A DNA stretch of 63,743 nt, counting the filler, from Octopus bimaculoides (Eukaryota): the NCBI RefSeq assembly GCF_001194135.2. It is 5 parts of 5 records of this genome, joined end to end, with 100 filler letters (N's around TTAATTAATTAA, not from the genome) between each part and the next. Parts side by side here need not be neighbours in the genome. Positions count along the whole stretch, not along the records: positions 23,959 to 54,837 come from NC_068981.1; 4 more parts are not named here. One strand, written 5' to 3'. The notes under the pieces are model-generated. The model was not told the origin of the DNA. It saw only the letters and a program-made list of their open reading frames with translations, and made no database searches. Shown here piece by piece: positions 40,267 through 54,533 of the stretch; positions within the stretch are counted from its first letter, which is position 1; each line of letters starts with the position of its first letter. A program made the position numbers and the translations under genes.

Positions 40267-40295
<29 letters not shown>

Positions 40296-40834
40296 CATGA
40301 TGACGATGATGATGATGATAACAATAACAATAATAATAATGATATTAATAATACTAATGACATACAACATGATGCTATTGACCAGATATTCAAAAAGTAT
40401 AACTCTTTTATCTTGTTCTCCAGTCACCATAATACAGGAAAGATTATTTGAGAAGAACTCGACTTCTACTTCAATCGAAGCTAAATGGCCGCTATTAGAT
40501 TAGAGCATTTAACATGTGGGCAATTGCTTTGGTGAGATATGGGGCGGGAATGGTATCTTGGAAGAAGTATGAATTACAAGGAATAGACCGGGAACATGTA
40601 AATAAATGAAAATGAATAAGGAAACAACCCCAAGAGTGAAGTGTCAAGATTGTATGTCAGGAGAGGGGAAGGATGACGGAGATTGGTGTGTTGTGAAGTT
40701 TGTGTAAAGGAGGAAGAGAATAGCCTTGCATGGTATGCCAAGGAAATTAAAGAAGAAATGTTTGAAGCGGTGAAAATGTAAAGAAACGTAAAAGTGAACA
40801 AACCCTTAGATCCAATATAATTTAAGAAAGACGA

Positions 40835-40930
<96 letters not shown>

Positions 40931-41190
40931 AGATGAAGTACCGATCTAAATTTCGTACGTTTTCCTTCTTTTCCTCCCTCCTCTATCCTTTCTTCTTAAC
41001 AACATATAAAAATTGCCCACTACCCAATTTTTGACCTCCGCCTTCTTTTCTCTTACCGACTATTTGATTTTTTCAGTCAATTTTTTTTGTACTTCTTTAT
41101 TTTACTCCGATCTTCCGGCTTCACCATTCATTTAAAATCATATCCCCGGTGAGATAACTTATGTAACCATCATATAACTATGATATCTTC

Positions 41191-41251
41191 GGCCAGATAA
41201 GTAGCTAGTAGGGGACCCATCGTCGACTTATTAGCTACGAAACACGTAGCC
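41191..41251 (+). ncRNA. degenerate type I hammerhead-like fold
   Basis: ggc-CAGAUAA-[12-bp stem II]-GAAAC-ac-GUA-gcc. Core deviates at U4 and G8. Confidence 0.35.
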
Positions 41252-41492
41252 AGCGTTTTACCGAGTCCACTCCCCCAATTTGGATTCTTATTCACATTCA
41301 TAACAAACCTTGTTGTTCACCGTGAACTATAAAAATAAATAATATCTGTTTTCATTTTATCGAAATTCGATATAGGAAAAGCCAACAACCTTTGACGTTA
41401 AATTATTATTGTTCGGGAAAGTTGGTGTTTATACCAACTACGGACTTCCCGACGCTTACCAATTTCTTAAACCTAGATCCTTGGATCTCACA

Positions 41493-41553
<61 letters not shown>

Positions 41554-43541
41554 TCATCTCTCTCTCTCTCTTTCTCTCTGTCTCTCATTCTATCTCTCGC
41601 TCTTTATATATATATATATTGTGTCATCTTGAAGTACCTCTGCTAATGTTAAAGTAATAAACTCAAAGCAGATGACTGGGAAATGTTTAGAGTTATTTAT
41701 TCCCCATTTGGAGTGCTTTGTCTGATAGTAAACGTGAGAAAAGTGTACGTGTAGTATAGAAGCGTAAAATATTTTCTATTAATTGATTCGCTATCTCACC
41801 TATATCTCGGAGAAGATATCTTACGTTTCCGACAACATGTACAATTTTGTAATAGCAAATAAAACATGTGTCGCTTTGAATATATATNNNNNNNNNNNNN
41901 NNNNNNNNNNNNNNNNNNNNNNNNNNNNNNNNNNNNNNNNNNNNNNNNNNNNNNNNNNNNNNNNNNNNNNNNNNNNNNNNNNNNNNNNNNNNNNNNNNNN
42001 NNNNNATATATATATATTTAGAGAGTGAGAGAGATACAAGTGTTTATGTGTGGGTATTAACACAAAAGTCTATAGTTGTGACTTATGAAGTGTTATCGAA
42101 AGATACTCCATCTTGTATTTATTTCGCTTTATAAAAACAAATAATGAGCAAATGACTCGAGGGGTGACTGAAACGTATAACCAACTATATATTGCACATA
42201 GAATATATGTTAAGAATGTGTGTACCGCAATGAAATGCGTGTATACTACATGTATTTCAGCAGAATTGAATTAAAGTAATTAATTTATTTCATTTTTATT
42301 CTAAATTACGTCGTAAACCTAGTAAGAAATAACGCAGCCAAAGAAATTCTATTGCATATGGAATCTCCGATTGCAGTGAGCTTCATACTCTTGTAAAATA
42401 TATATAAATTCATATGTATAAACGAGCATCCATACACGCGACGACATGATATTTAACGTTAACAACAAATCGTCCCATGTGTTATTGTCAAGCCTAGACA
42501 TCCACACACACTTACACGCACGCACGCACGCATAAATACATTCACGCACATATATTTATATTTGTATATATATATATCTTGATAGAAAGGACAACAAAAG
42601 AAAGAACGAGACCTCGATATTATGTAAATAGAGGAATTTATTTTTAAAAATATGTGACACTTATTCGGTAGCCATGATAAAACTCCGAGTTTCGGATGCC
42701 GGGGTGAAACCAACGCCGCCATCTCTTCAGTTATCCGGCCATTGAAAATACCTGCGAAAAATGACTGTTGAAGCAAAGGGAAATTACTGTGCGGTTGACC
42801 GTTATTAACACAAAAGAGCTATAGACCGTTAAGTAAGGAGATGGAATAAAGGCAAGGGAGTAGTAAAGTTTATATTGTTCGCGTAAGTACATCAATCCGT
42901 ACATTCGCCTATATGTATATACTCAGCCACGCTCGCTTGAAACACACACATTCTCACTCACATACTCGCCAAAAACTATATATATACATATACATATATA
43001 TACCCGCATACACACCCACACACACGCGCGCGGTCAACACCCTCGCACCCATACACATTTTATATATATATATATATAGAAAGGACACAAGTAAAGAAAT
43101 AAGCAGATGAAGAAAGAAAAAAAAAGAAGCATAAATGTTTACAGTTCAAATTTCCTATCGTGTAGAAATATATTCATAAGCCCTTAGCTTCAATCCTGCG
43201 TAAATCCATGTAAATTAAAGTCCTGGTAGTGTAAATATCCAGAAAAAAGATAAGAACTTATTAACGTTTGATAACATACTTTAGACTTTAAACTACATGG
43301 ATTTACGTTGGATTGCTCCTAAGGACTTATGAACTTCTTTCTACAAGTAAGTTGAACTGTGAAGTTTAATGTTTCTTCTTCTTCTTCTTCTTCTTCTTCT
43401 TCTTCTTCTTCTTCTTCTTCTTCTTCTTCTTCTTCTTCTTCTTCTTCTTCTTCTTCTTCTTCTTCTTCTTCTTCTTCTTCCTTTATTCATATCCTCTATA
43501 TCGTCATTTCATTTATCTATACCCTTCTCATTTTCCCTATT

Positions 43542-43599
43542 AGTCTCCGATGACGGAATATCCCATACTATGGGATATCCCAGAAAAAGCTGTAAGACT
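43542..43599 (+). ncRNA. minimal Penelope-type hammerhead-like motif
   Basis: Stem I agtct/agact (5 bp), core CCGAUGA, long stem II atatccca/tgggatat, GAA, near-palindromic stem III AAAGCUGU, GUA site. Confidence 0.5.
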
Positions 43600-44229
43600 T
43601 TCAATCGTTTTTCCAATAACAATAATTTATATGACTTGATATGCCTTAAAGTTTGCTGTCCTCCTTAACAATTATATATCCATTATATCGGGAATGTACA
43701 ATGGCCCCATAACTACCGTCTCGACTATAACCTTGGAGCCTTAGTAATCCGTTACAACATTTACCTAGCGTACCGTATCTTTTAGATCACTTGTGAACTA
43801 AATCCCCATATTTTGCGTGTATATATATATAAAGAAAGAAAGAAAGAAAGCGTGTATTGGAACAAGAACGTAACAGGCGACAATAAAACACCCGGAAGGT
43901 TAGACGATACATTTTAAACTATTAGGAAAGATTTCATCAACAGAATCACTTGAATTACATATTTGATTAACTGTAAAGGAATTAGGAAATTTCATAATAG
44001 CTTGCCGGAGAAAGAAAGGCACAAAATTTCGATTTTATATATATAGAAAAAGCATAATAGCTTCCGCTGAACCATATACTTTCATTTTGGTGGACAAATA
44101 AATACAACAAACAAATATGCTATATTTGCTTACATGCTAGCCTGATATCAAGTGGACAAAGTTCAAGCGTTGGAAGGAACCCGCTTATATCTGTATTTGC
44201 TTAAAGGTCGTGCATTCCTTCACTCTGTG

Positions 44230-44950
44230 CGTGATCTGAATGCTGTAGTTATGAACATTCAACGTAGTATTATTCGAGAACTTATGTTAATGCAAAATTT
44301 CCAGGCAATAGAAGTGAATCTAGCGAGTATCACTCAGAGAGTATCAGGCCAAATGTGCATCTCGAAAGTCACGGTGGTTCGTCACTTTTAGGAGCTCGGA
44401 ACTGTATCTGTGCCTAGCAAATTGTGGTTTGTCAATTCACCCCAGCTCAAGCAGAGCAGCGAATAGATTTTTACGACTACTCCACGGAAAACACTCGCGA
44501 TCTGCATTTCCGCATGAGCTTTCCCGCAATCATGATATCCATATGCAATGAGTAAGCAAAGGCCGGCTTCCGGAAGCTCTTACCAAACATTGGCATTTTG
44601 AATAGAAGCTGATGCTCTGCGTCTGGTGGAATCATTTGGAGATAATAACCAACGAGTTCATTTCCAATGGTCAGCGCATCGCAGCCAATACTCCGAGCAA
44701 CTCGAGTACTCCATTGTGTAGCAAAAATACTTGTCACTGCTTAACAGGAAGAGAGCACTTTTACAGCAAGACAACGTGTGGTCCAGAATAAAACCTAGGA
44801 CATTGAGCAAATCGAACTAATATCACAGCCAGCATATAGTGCAGACCCAGATTTCGCGGATTTTTTTCTAGTTCTGTTCTATGGCTAACTTCCTGTGTTC
44901 AAGAGGCTTCATCAAAAAAGTGTAGGCGGAAGCTTTGGTAAAGGTATTCG
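44230..44950 (+). mobile_element. highly decayed mariner remnant, probably interrupted at about 44400-44700
   Basis: LLQQDN, QPAYSAD and DFF pieces resemble HDNARPH, HPPYSPDLAPSD and DF. N-terminal IIRELML and RWF-like pieces. Confidence 0.45.
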
Positions 44951-46764
44951 TCACCTCAAAGATGACCTGACTCGGAGATTATGTCAAAATGCTCATGGGA
45001 AAACTGCACCGGGGAATCCAGATCGTATATAGAAAGAGTATGTTGAAGACAAGTAGACTTGGCAGTTGTACTCACGGCTGTTGATTTTAGTCCCGTCATC
45101 TCTGGTTGGGTTGACTCATGGTACAGCAATAAGTGCTCTTTGCTTAGTAGCAATATCTACTGTTTGAATAGTCAACTATGTTAACTAATATCATGCGTGC
45201 AGTTTGCTTATGTTGTCCCCTATCGAATATAGTGTATGTTTTGATCCCGGGGAAACCACTGAGGAAACCCGCAGGATTTGGGGTCTTTGAAGGTGTAGAA
45301 GAACCGTTACTCTATAGGTGGATGCCTTCAGCGAAATCTTATTTGGCAGCAAGCAATTTCCAAAAGGTCTACTAGGTGGTGACAGAAGCAAAATTTAAGA
45401 AAGGAAACTTCAGTTTATCTACAGGTTAGCACATGGACACCTGTGCTCTTCGACAGAAATATACAAGGAGAAAAAATAACAAAAAATGGTTTGGTGGTTA
45501 TCGATTTATCATGTATATGTATGTGTGTGTGCCTGTGTGTGTGTGTAATAAATAAATAACAGTAGATGTATAGGTATCAGTTCATTACAACCGTTTCTAA
45601 CGAACTTCTACATTCATGAATGAGTACAGTATGACGTCAAAGAAAACCGTTTACTTCAGATGACTACATGAATATTATAACCAAGGATGTTTTTAAAAAA
45701 ATTGAGCTTCACCAAGATAAAATACATTCAAGTGGTTTAATGGGAGGAGAACATCACCCCAACATTTACAGGGAGGTGTATATTTCAAACTTTATAGCCT
45801 GAGTAGGGGTTAGTTGGCTTGGTAGCAAGGAGGATTATGAATGAAATCTCAGAGTCCACTCTCAGTAATGAAGAAAGAGGAGGCTCTATTTATTAAGATA
45901 CAATTCAACTTGTGGTCCAGTGTCAAAATCGAAAAGGCGAATGGGTAAGAAACAATGACATGAGTATATCTGTCTACTTTATTTTTAAGGGTATTTCAGA
46001 TGGAGACAAAAATACCAAAATTTACCTTGTTAACAGAAAAGAAGGAAAGACGAAAATGGGAAAATAGAATAAAGATAAAGGAAGAAAAAGAAAAAAGAGA
46101 CTGAAAATAAGGGAAAAGGGGAAAGCCAATACCTGACAGTGCATCCGTCGTTATTACACGAGAGCAAGATATTATAGTAAGAGAGAGAAATTAAGATATA
46201 TAAGAAAAGTTGAGAAAAGGTGTTTTAATGATGAAAGGGATTGTTAGGTCCTAATATAGAATTTAGAAAGTAATAAAATGGAAATATGAAAACCTCATTA
46301 AACAGAAAAATTATAATATTATAATGGTAATAAAGATTCTAAATTAATAATAAAAGTAATTAAAATATTATTAAAACTAAAGGCGGTGTTTCAGCATGGC
46401 CACAGTCAAATGACTGAAACAAGTAAAAGAGTAAAAGAGTAAAACTAATATAAAAATATATATAGAAAATAAAATGGTAGAAATCGTACGCTGCAAATAA
46501 TGCAGGGCATTTCAGCTGTGTGAAAATGATGATAGTAATAATGGCTTCATTTATTTGTCACAAGGGCGAAGGAAAAGGGGGACAAAGTACATACTTAAAG
46601 TGTTGAGGGTTAACAGATCAGGAAATGATAAAGATAAAAGAAAAAAATAAGTATAATGACTTTAAATAATAGACAACTGTCATGCAAATGTATATCGTAT
46701 TAGTTCTGGAAAGTGTGATACGTAAATACGTTCAATAACAAAAAGGGATAATGGTGTCTTATCA

Positions 46765-47152
46765 TCTATATATATATATAAATGAGAATGTGTGTCTGTC
46801 TGTCTGTCTGCCTGTCTGTCTGTGTGTGTGTGAATCCCTAAAACTCGAGAACTACGCAACCAATCTCATTCAAATTTTACAGATGCCTTACTTAGGGTTC
46901 CAGTTGTGTTTTAGTCAAACAAAATGTTTAACTTCTTGCAGAGTTCGAGCCCACGGCAACACAATATCTACTCCACTATTTAAGTATTACGTGTCAAAAG
47001 TGAAACAAAAACACTTATGTCAAATACTTTGACTTTAAAAATTAAACTATTCCACTAACTAAAACAATCACATTTCGATACTGTAATGACAGATACTTTC
47101 AGACAGAGAGAGAAAGAGAGAGAGAGAGAGAGAAAGAGAGAGCGAGAGAAAA

Positions 47153-47205
<53 letters not shown>

Positions 47206-48203
47206 AAGAGTGAGAGAGAGAGAAAGAGAGAGAGTATGTATATAGATGTATATGTATACATATAGATGTATATGTACACGTATATGTATAGATATATATA
47301 TATAGATGTAGACCTATATGCATACATGTATANNNNNNNNNNNNNNNNNNNNNNNNNNNNNNNNNNNNNNNNNNNNNNNNNNNNNNNNNNNNNNNNNNNN
47401 NNNNNNNNNNNNNNNNNNNNNNNNNNNNNNNNNNNNNNNNNNNNNNNNNNNNNNNNNNNNNNNNNNNNNNNNNNNNNNNNNNNNNNNNNNNNNNNNNNNN
47501 NNNNNNNNNNNNNNNNNNNNNNNNNNNNNNNNNNNNNNNNNNNNNNNNNNNNNNNNNNNNNNNNNNNNNNNNNNNNNNNNNNNNNNNNNNNNNNNNNNNN
47601 NNNNNNNNNNNNNNNNNNNNNNNNNNNNNNNNNNNNNNNNNNNNNNNNNNNNNNNNNNNNNNNNNNNNNNNNNNNNNNNNNNNNNNNNNNNNNNNNNNNN
47701 NNNNNNNNNNNNNNNNNNNNNNNNNNNNNNNNNNNNNNNNNNNNNNNNNNNNNNNNNNNNNNNNNNNNNNNNNNNNNNNNNNNNNNNNNNNNNNATTTGT
47801 AATTCAACGGTACAACAGTGTAAGACTACCCTTTCAGATATACTTACATTGTGATTTCTGCAATGTGGTGCATAAATTGTCAAGTAAATGAGACGCATCT
47901 TTGCCTCCACTGATTCACTTGCAAAGTGTTGTGTAAAATTATTTCGTTGCAGACCTCCTTTGAGTCTTTTTATTATCACTGCGACACATAGTCCCCAGTT
48001 GGTGACATTTATTTCAAGGCCTTCCCAGATGAGAGACTGGCATTCCACTTAATGTCTATGTTCCATTCTGGCATGGATTGGAGAGTTATTAATGTAGAAA
48101 TATGGTATCGTAGCTACTAACAGTTGAGGGTTGCGTAGTCTAGACGGCGTTTTTAGATTTCATTATTCTCTTTAACCCGGGCAAAGCCGGGTATTTCTGC
48201 TAG
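46765..48203 (+). mobile_element. complete-ended non-autonomous Helitron
   Basis: 5' A|TC start (TCTATATATATA). 3' hairpin acccgg-gcaaag-ccgggt (48175-48192), then CTAG|T. A|T target, no TSD. Confidence 0.85.
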
Positions 48204-50495
48204 TAGATTATAAGCGGCAGATACTGTAAGAAAATATTATGAATAAAATATGTTATAAATCATATGAATATAAATATAGAGCTGGTCTCACATTTAAGTA
48301 CATTATAATGAAAAAGTCTTATACTTAGATATTATGGATATCCCTCCATCAGAGACGGTGTGAGAAAATATTGGAGTTCGAATTATTGTGGAAAACATAG
48401 GCAATATACAGGGGAAAAAGAGTATAAAAGTAGAAATAAGATATATAAAGATATTGTAGTTGCAGTTCTATTATTCGAGTAAAATGGTGTAGAAGTGGTA
48501 AAAAAAAGTTTCCTGTACATGGCGTGTAAGTTGCAATAGCCGTTCATATTTAGTCATTTGAAAGTATGGAGCAATGGAATCAGGGTTGCTCGTTCGAAAC
48601 CCGTTTTGTGGTGTAAATGAACATTTGAGAATGTATTGGTAGTATTTATGGATAGATGGAGGGGCGAGAGATGCGTATGATCAGAAAGAAGAGAAAGGTC
48701 AATTTTAAAACAGGAAGAGAAATGAGAGGAAGAAAGAGAGAAAAAGAAAAAAAAGTTAGTGCGACAAAAACAAAGTGAAAAACATGAAGAAATTGTGAAG
48801 GAAATGAGAGAGGAAGTGTTAGTTAGTAGTCAAGATAATGCGCTGGGAGGCTGAGAGAGGTGTGGCGGAGGGAGAGGAAGAGATGAGAGATGAGAGGGTA
48901 AGGAGTAAAAGAATGTGAGGTATATGAGTAGCGGGGATATAACAGAGCTGCATTAAGGGATCGGTAGAGAAAAGGTAAGGATGGGGTGCTCCCGAAGTGT
49001 GTAATAGTTTTGGTAGTAAAATTTGAGGGCGAATACAAGGATGTCAAATGACTATAGATAGACGAGTGTGATAAGTTAGTGATAGGTAGGAATAGGAGGA
49101 GATAATGTATATTTGCCAATATGTATACATATACACGCACACACACACACACATATATATAGACATATACATACACCTATACATACACACGCGCATATAC
49201 ACATGCAGGATCACGCGCATCCATCCATATATTTGTACATGCACATTAGTGCGCATACATGCACACTCACATACGTGCGTGCAATTGCACACGCATTTAC
49301 AGTCACACGTATGCGCGCATACAGTTACTTACGTATACATATATACATATGTACACGCTCATTTATATATATTTGTATATATAAATGCATGCACACATGT
49401 ATACATCCGCAGACACGCGCATATATATGTGTATAAGCACATATACACATATACATATATATATTTATTTACATATACCCACATAGAAATACATAAATAT
49501 ATATAATATCTATACACGTATTTTTATACACATATGTACCCGATGGTATGTTCATATACGTATTATAAAATGATTATCATCCTTAAAGTAAAATGGGGGA
49601 GTTGGTTAAAGATTAAAATTTTAAATGGTGATAGGTAGGGTTGTTGGGGATTAGTTACGCGGTGTTGTGGATATATACTGTGTGGCTATTTAGGTTGCAT
49701 TTAGATTTGTGTTAAAATTTACAGGTATGAAAAAAGCAGTGGTTGCATGCGCTTAGGGCCTCATATTTGTTTAATAGTGTTGAGGAGCTATGTTTTAATA
49801 TGTAAAATGCCTCTTTAAGACAAAACTTACAGTGTAAGCATTGACATTGGTGCGGAAGCCGTGAATCTATTTTCGACCATGACAGAGTTTAGGGAATATT
49901 TCTATTTTTGCGATGATATATGTGACTGACACGACATCGTTGCATCTGTCCTTCCCGTAAAGCAAACCAAATAAAATTTGGAATTTTTTGCAGCGGGTGT
50001 AAGTGTTAACAAGAACAGGACAGTGAGAATAAAACAGTAACAAGAAGACAGTGAAACACACAATAGGGGCTGTTAGGCCAAGACGATAGAAAAAATATTA
50101 TTTTTGTTAAAGCTAGTAGACGTGAATGAGAGAAGAGACAATAGACAGTAAAAGCACGTCCTCTTTATAGGAAGCCAGCGGATAGAAAGAAAAAATCCCT
50201 TTCATCACGTGTCTGTGACGAGAGGGTCAAGGAGGAAGAGTGAGAGAGAAAGAAAGAGGGAACGGTGAAAGGGAGAGAAGAATAGGGAAAGGGTGGGAGA
50301 GAAAAACAGAAAAGATGAAGAACAAGTGAGGGAGAGAGATAGACAGGAAAGTGATAGTAATAGTAATAGAGTGCGCATAGTAATTATTAAGAGAAAAAAA
50401 CTTACTTGGAGAAGGATGCGTGGCGTTCGATCATATAATAAAATAAATAATATATAAATATATGCATATATCCATAAATATATGTGCATACCTTC

Positions 50496-50585
<90 letters not shown>

Positions 50586-51955
50586 CTTCCAGCCAATGCT
50601 AACGTAAACATATTATTTAGTGAATTGTATGTCATACACTGTGGTCTTATTGCGTATAATATATTGTATCATGGTGACAGCTGGAGACAAAATCTCATTA
50701 TCAATGTCTTCGAAATGGCATCATATTTAGCTGAGTTGCAGGAACCGCATCTTTTTTCGCGAAAAATATAGTCAATATCTGCATTTATCGACGGAGTAAA
50801 TCTTATATACTGAAGATGATAACGATGACAACGACGACGACGACCATATTGATGATGATGATGGGTATATTGATGAGGGGGAGTTAGATGAAAGTAGCGG
50901 AAATTCCTCATATCATTGCCTATTATGATTAGACACGCATGCATATATTTGTTCGTACTTCTACTACAGCATTAATACCGCATATACGAAGCATAAAGAA
51001 GCAGAGGAAAATATCATAATGCTACAGCTATTCATGAAAGTAAATAATTAATACATTCAAAATAAGTGTTAAATAAACATTTATACAAAAATTAGGCTTT
51101 AGCAGAAGAAGGAAAGTTGTTTTTGATACACCATTTTGTGATTTTGAATGTGCGAAATAAAATATAACTACGAAATCCTGAAGAGATTATGTTACTAGCA
51201 GTTTCACTCTATACATAAGCAATAGTTATTCATTAAAATATGATCGTATTAGATGAGGGTATAAAATTACAGAAGCCAACAATATACAATAAAACAGCCG
51301 TCATATTTATATTAAATCAAGAAAACACTATCGGCAGAACAGAATTTAACTGAAATAGATCAGTTCACGTGACATAGACTCTTCTGAAGATCTGATGATG
51401 TATACATAGCCATTCATCTTCTGAAATTTGCAACCCAATTATTAATGAGTCACACTGTACTCCATAAAACGAAAGAAGCATTGATAGAAAACGCCGCTGT
51501 AGATACATCGTATTACACTTTTAGTGAAACGTAGAAATGACACTTGGCGGAATGACTTCAGGCGTTCGAACAGAATTTCTGTTTTTCATTATTTAAATTT
51601 CTAGTATCCAATACAGTTAGTGTTGTGAGAATGCAATGAACTTTGTGTATGCATGATTATGCTGTTTCCGGAAACGTATTCATGTGAAAATATAAATGCT
51701 GTTCATATATGTGTTTTTTATACGTAACTATTTTGGTTAGCTATTGTTTACCAAAATGTATCATGTCGTTGTCGTTGACTCATTCTCAACTCGCTGGCGA
51801 AAATTATTATTTGTCTACCGTATCTGTCAAAGGAGTTGAGCAAAGACTTATTTTCAATACGGCAATTATCTTCTCCTTACGAATGCTCGTCAGTCTGAAA
51901 TTATCTGTTCTGTACTGTGGTATTTACATTCCAATTTATTCAACTTCTTTCAAAC

Positions 51956-54298
51956 AGGGATCGATTTCTACGTCCAGAACGAACTGACGCAGATCCGAAT
52001 TCGACAAATGCAGCCAAACAATGGAATCACTGGCACAGGACCTTCATCAGCTTCATTAATACTTTACAACAGCATCAAATATATAAACTGAATACACTTA
52101 TCAACTATATTGCTCCATCTATGTACGAATATGTAGCTGATTGCTCTTCATATGACGATGCCATACACATATTACAGAATCTCTACGTGAAGTCCAGGAA
52201 TGAAAATATTTGCAAGACATCTACTGGCTACACACAAACAAGAATGCGGTCAAAGTCTCGATGAATTTTTTACATATATTCAAATTATTAGCCAAGGATT
52301 GTAATTTTCAATCAGTTTCCGCTGAGAAGTATAGAGACGAATCTATCCGAGACGCTTTCATCACCAGATTGCAATCTAATGATATTCGACAAAGGCTTCT
52401 CGAAAACAAAATACTTGATCTTCAAACAGCTTATGATGAAACCAGATCACTTGAAATGTCCTCTACATACTTAAAATCTTACCATTTATCACCTCAATCA
52501 GCCTACAATTGTGCAGCGACGGATAATCAAACAACGGATGTGGGCGAAACTAATAGTAGCCGCCATGAACGGTAACAGTAAATGCTATTTTGGCGGGATT
52601 GACCGTCATTCTCGCTACAAGTGTCCTACTAAGGAGGCCACATGTAAAAACTGCAACAAGAAGGGTCATTTCTTCAAAGTATGCCAGTCAAACAACAAAT
52701 ATGTTACTTCCTCACTGCGTTTTGGACAGAATCTCGCAACCACCTCTTCTGCACTTCAGCTTTCCTCTCTATTATCCGCTTCTGCTCTACAGTGTCTGGC
52801 TAATACTGTCATCAAAATAGATATCAACAGAGTAACACATTCAGCTCTAATTGATATCGGATGTTCTGAGAGCTGTATCAAATCAAGTGTCATTCATCAT
52901 AACAAGTAGCCGGTATTTAAATCGACGAAAGTAATAAACATGGCCGCAATTAATCTGTCAAAATCTACGGAAGCTCATTGCAAGGTTACGATGAACTTGT
53001 GAGGAAAATATTATAGCAGTGTGCACCGGTCACTACTATCGGACATTTGTGATTATGTATTGTTGGGCCATGATATTCTCAAGCAAGACGAAGGCGTCCA
53101 TATCTCATTTCCAGATAAAAGACCCCTTTTGTCACACTGTGGCCTCATTCCTGTAAGTACAGAATCACTGCCCTTGTTCTCAACCCTTACAACAGACCGT
53201 AAACCAATTGCAACTAAGCCTCGTTGTTATATAAAATTGGATGAACAATTTATAAGTCAAGAAATTCAAAAGCTTTTGGAAGATGGCATCGTACAGTCCT
53301 CAAATTCGCCTTGGCGAGCCCAAATTCATTCTCGTTAACACTAACGAGCGTCATAAAAAGACACTCGTCATAGATTATAGTCAGACCATCAACAGATACA
53401 CTTATCATGACGCCTATCTCCTGCCAGAAATTGCGAAGATGGTTGAACATATAGCAACACATGCAATCTACAGCACTCTCGATCTTCAAAGTGCGTACCA
53501 TCAAATCACAATCAAAGAACATGAGAAAATGTATACGGCATTCGAAGCTTGTGGCCAGTTATACCAATTTTGTGGAATACCCTTTGGAGTAACCAATGGA
53601 GTTGCATGTTTTCAAAGAGCAATGGATTCAATCATGAAAGAAGATCAAAGGAACCTATGCGTACGTAGACAATATTGCCTGTGGTACCAATCCCAGAGAA
53701 CATGACAGAAATTTAGAAAATGTCCTTGCTGTTGTGAAGAAGTATGGACTTAACTTTAAAGAAAGTAAAAGCATCATTGCTACTGATCGGATAACTCTGT
53801 TGAGGTACGAGATTTCTAAGGGTAACATCAAACCAAATCCAGAAAAATTAAGACCCCTTGTAGAGTTTCGATATCAAATAAATATGAAAGCTGAAAAGCG
53901 AGTGGTGGGAATTTGTGCTTATTACTCTCTATGAATCTCTCATTTTTCCGACAAAATTCATCTCGTTCATAACACGACATTTACCCTTCCCGAGAGAGCC
54001 AAACAAAACTTTGAAAACCTGAAGAAGGAACTTGAGTATTCCGTCATAACTACAACGAAGCCTAACATTCCATTAGTGATTGAAACAGATGCTTCCGACA
54101 TCACCATTGCTTCAGCTCTAAACCAAGAAGGGCGTCCTGTTGCTTTCTTCTCAAGGACTTCTCAACTCCCAGCGAGCAACATCACTCTGCCGTTGAGAAG
54201 GAAGCTTACGCTATTGAGGAAGCAACAAGGAAATGGATACACTTCCTATTGGGAAACCATTTCAAACTTATCACTGACCAGAAATAACTTTGCAAGAT
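51956..54298 (+). mobile_element. decayed Ty3/Gypsy LTR retrotransposon: gag (zinc knuckle), protease, RT, start of RNase H; integrase absent
   Basis: DRFLRPER..DPNS..AAKQWNHW gag start (ATG apparently mutated to AGG), CKNCNKKGHFFKVC, ALIDIG, SSNSPW, IDYSQTIN, LDLQSAYHQ, PFGVTNG, YVDN, ETDASD...PVAFFSR. Possible 5' LTR begins TGTTG at 51621 (uncertain). Confidence 0.93.
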
Positions 54299-54299
54299 A

Positions 54300-54475
54300 G
54301 AGTTCTATATTTAAGAGAGGAGGAATTATGTACATTATTTACAATTGACGGATATTTGTCCTCATCTTGTTTGTTGTTAACACGTTTCGGCTGATATACC
54401 CTAAAGCCTTCATCAGGTGTCTTGGGGAAATTTCGAAGCTATGTTCTCATTCCTGAGGTAGCTTTCGATGTTGCT
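54300..54475 (-). mobile_element. Penelope-like terminal-repeat fragment carrying a hammerhead-like core (54379-54421)
   Basis: Minus strand gacac-CUGAUGA-a-ggcu...agcc-GAAAC-guguu. PLE assignment is inferred from the motif type. Confidence 0.55.
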
Positions 54476-54484
54476 GTTGTTATT

Positions 54485-54527
<43 letters not shown>

Positions 54528-54533
54528 TTATTG

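Noticed and set aside
54313-54325. AAGAGAGGAGGAA as the Gypsy polypurine tract
   Set aside because: No LTR follows, the integrase is absent, and the tract appears to lie within the adjacent minus-strand Penelope-like fragment.
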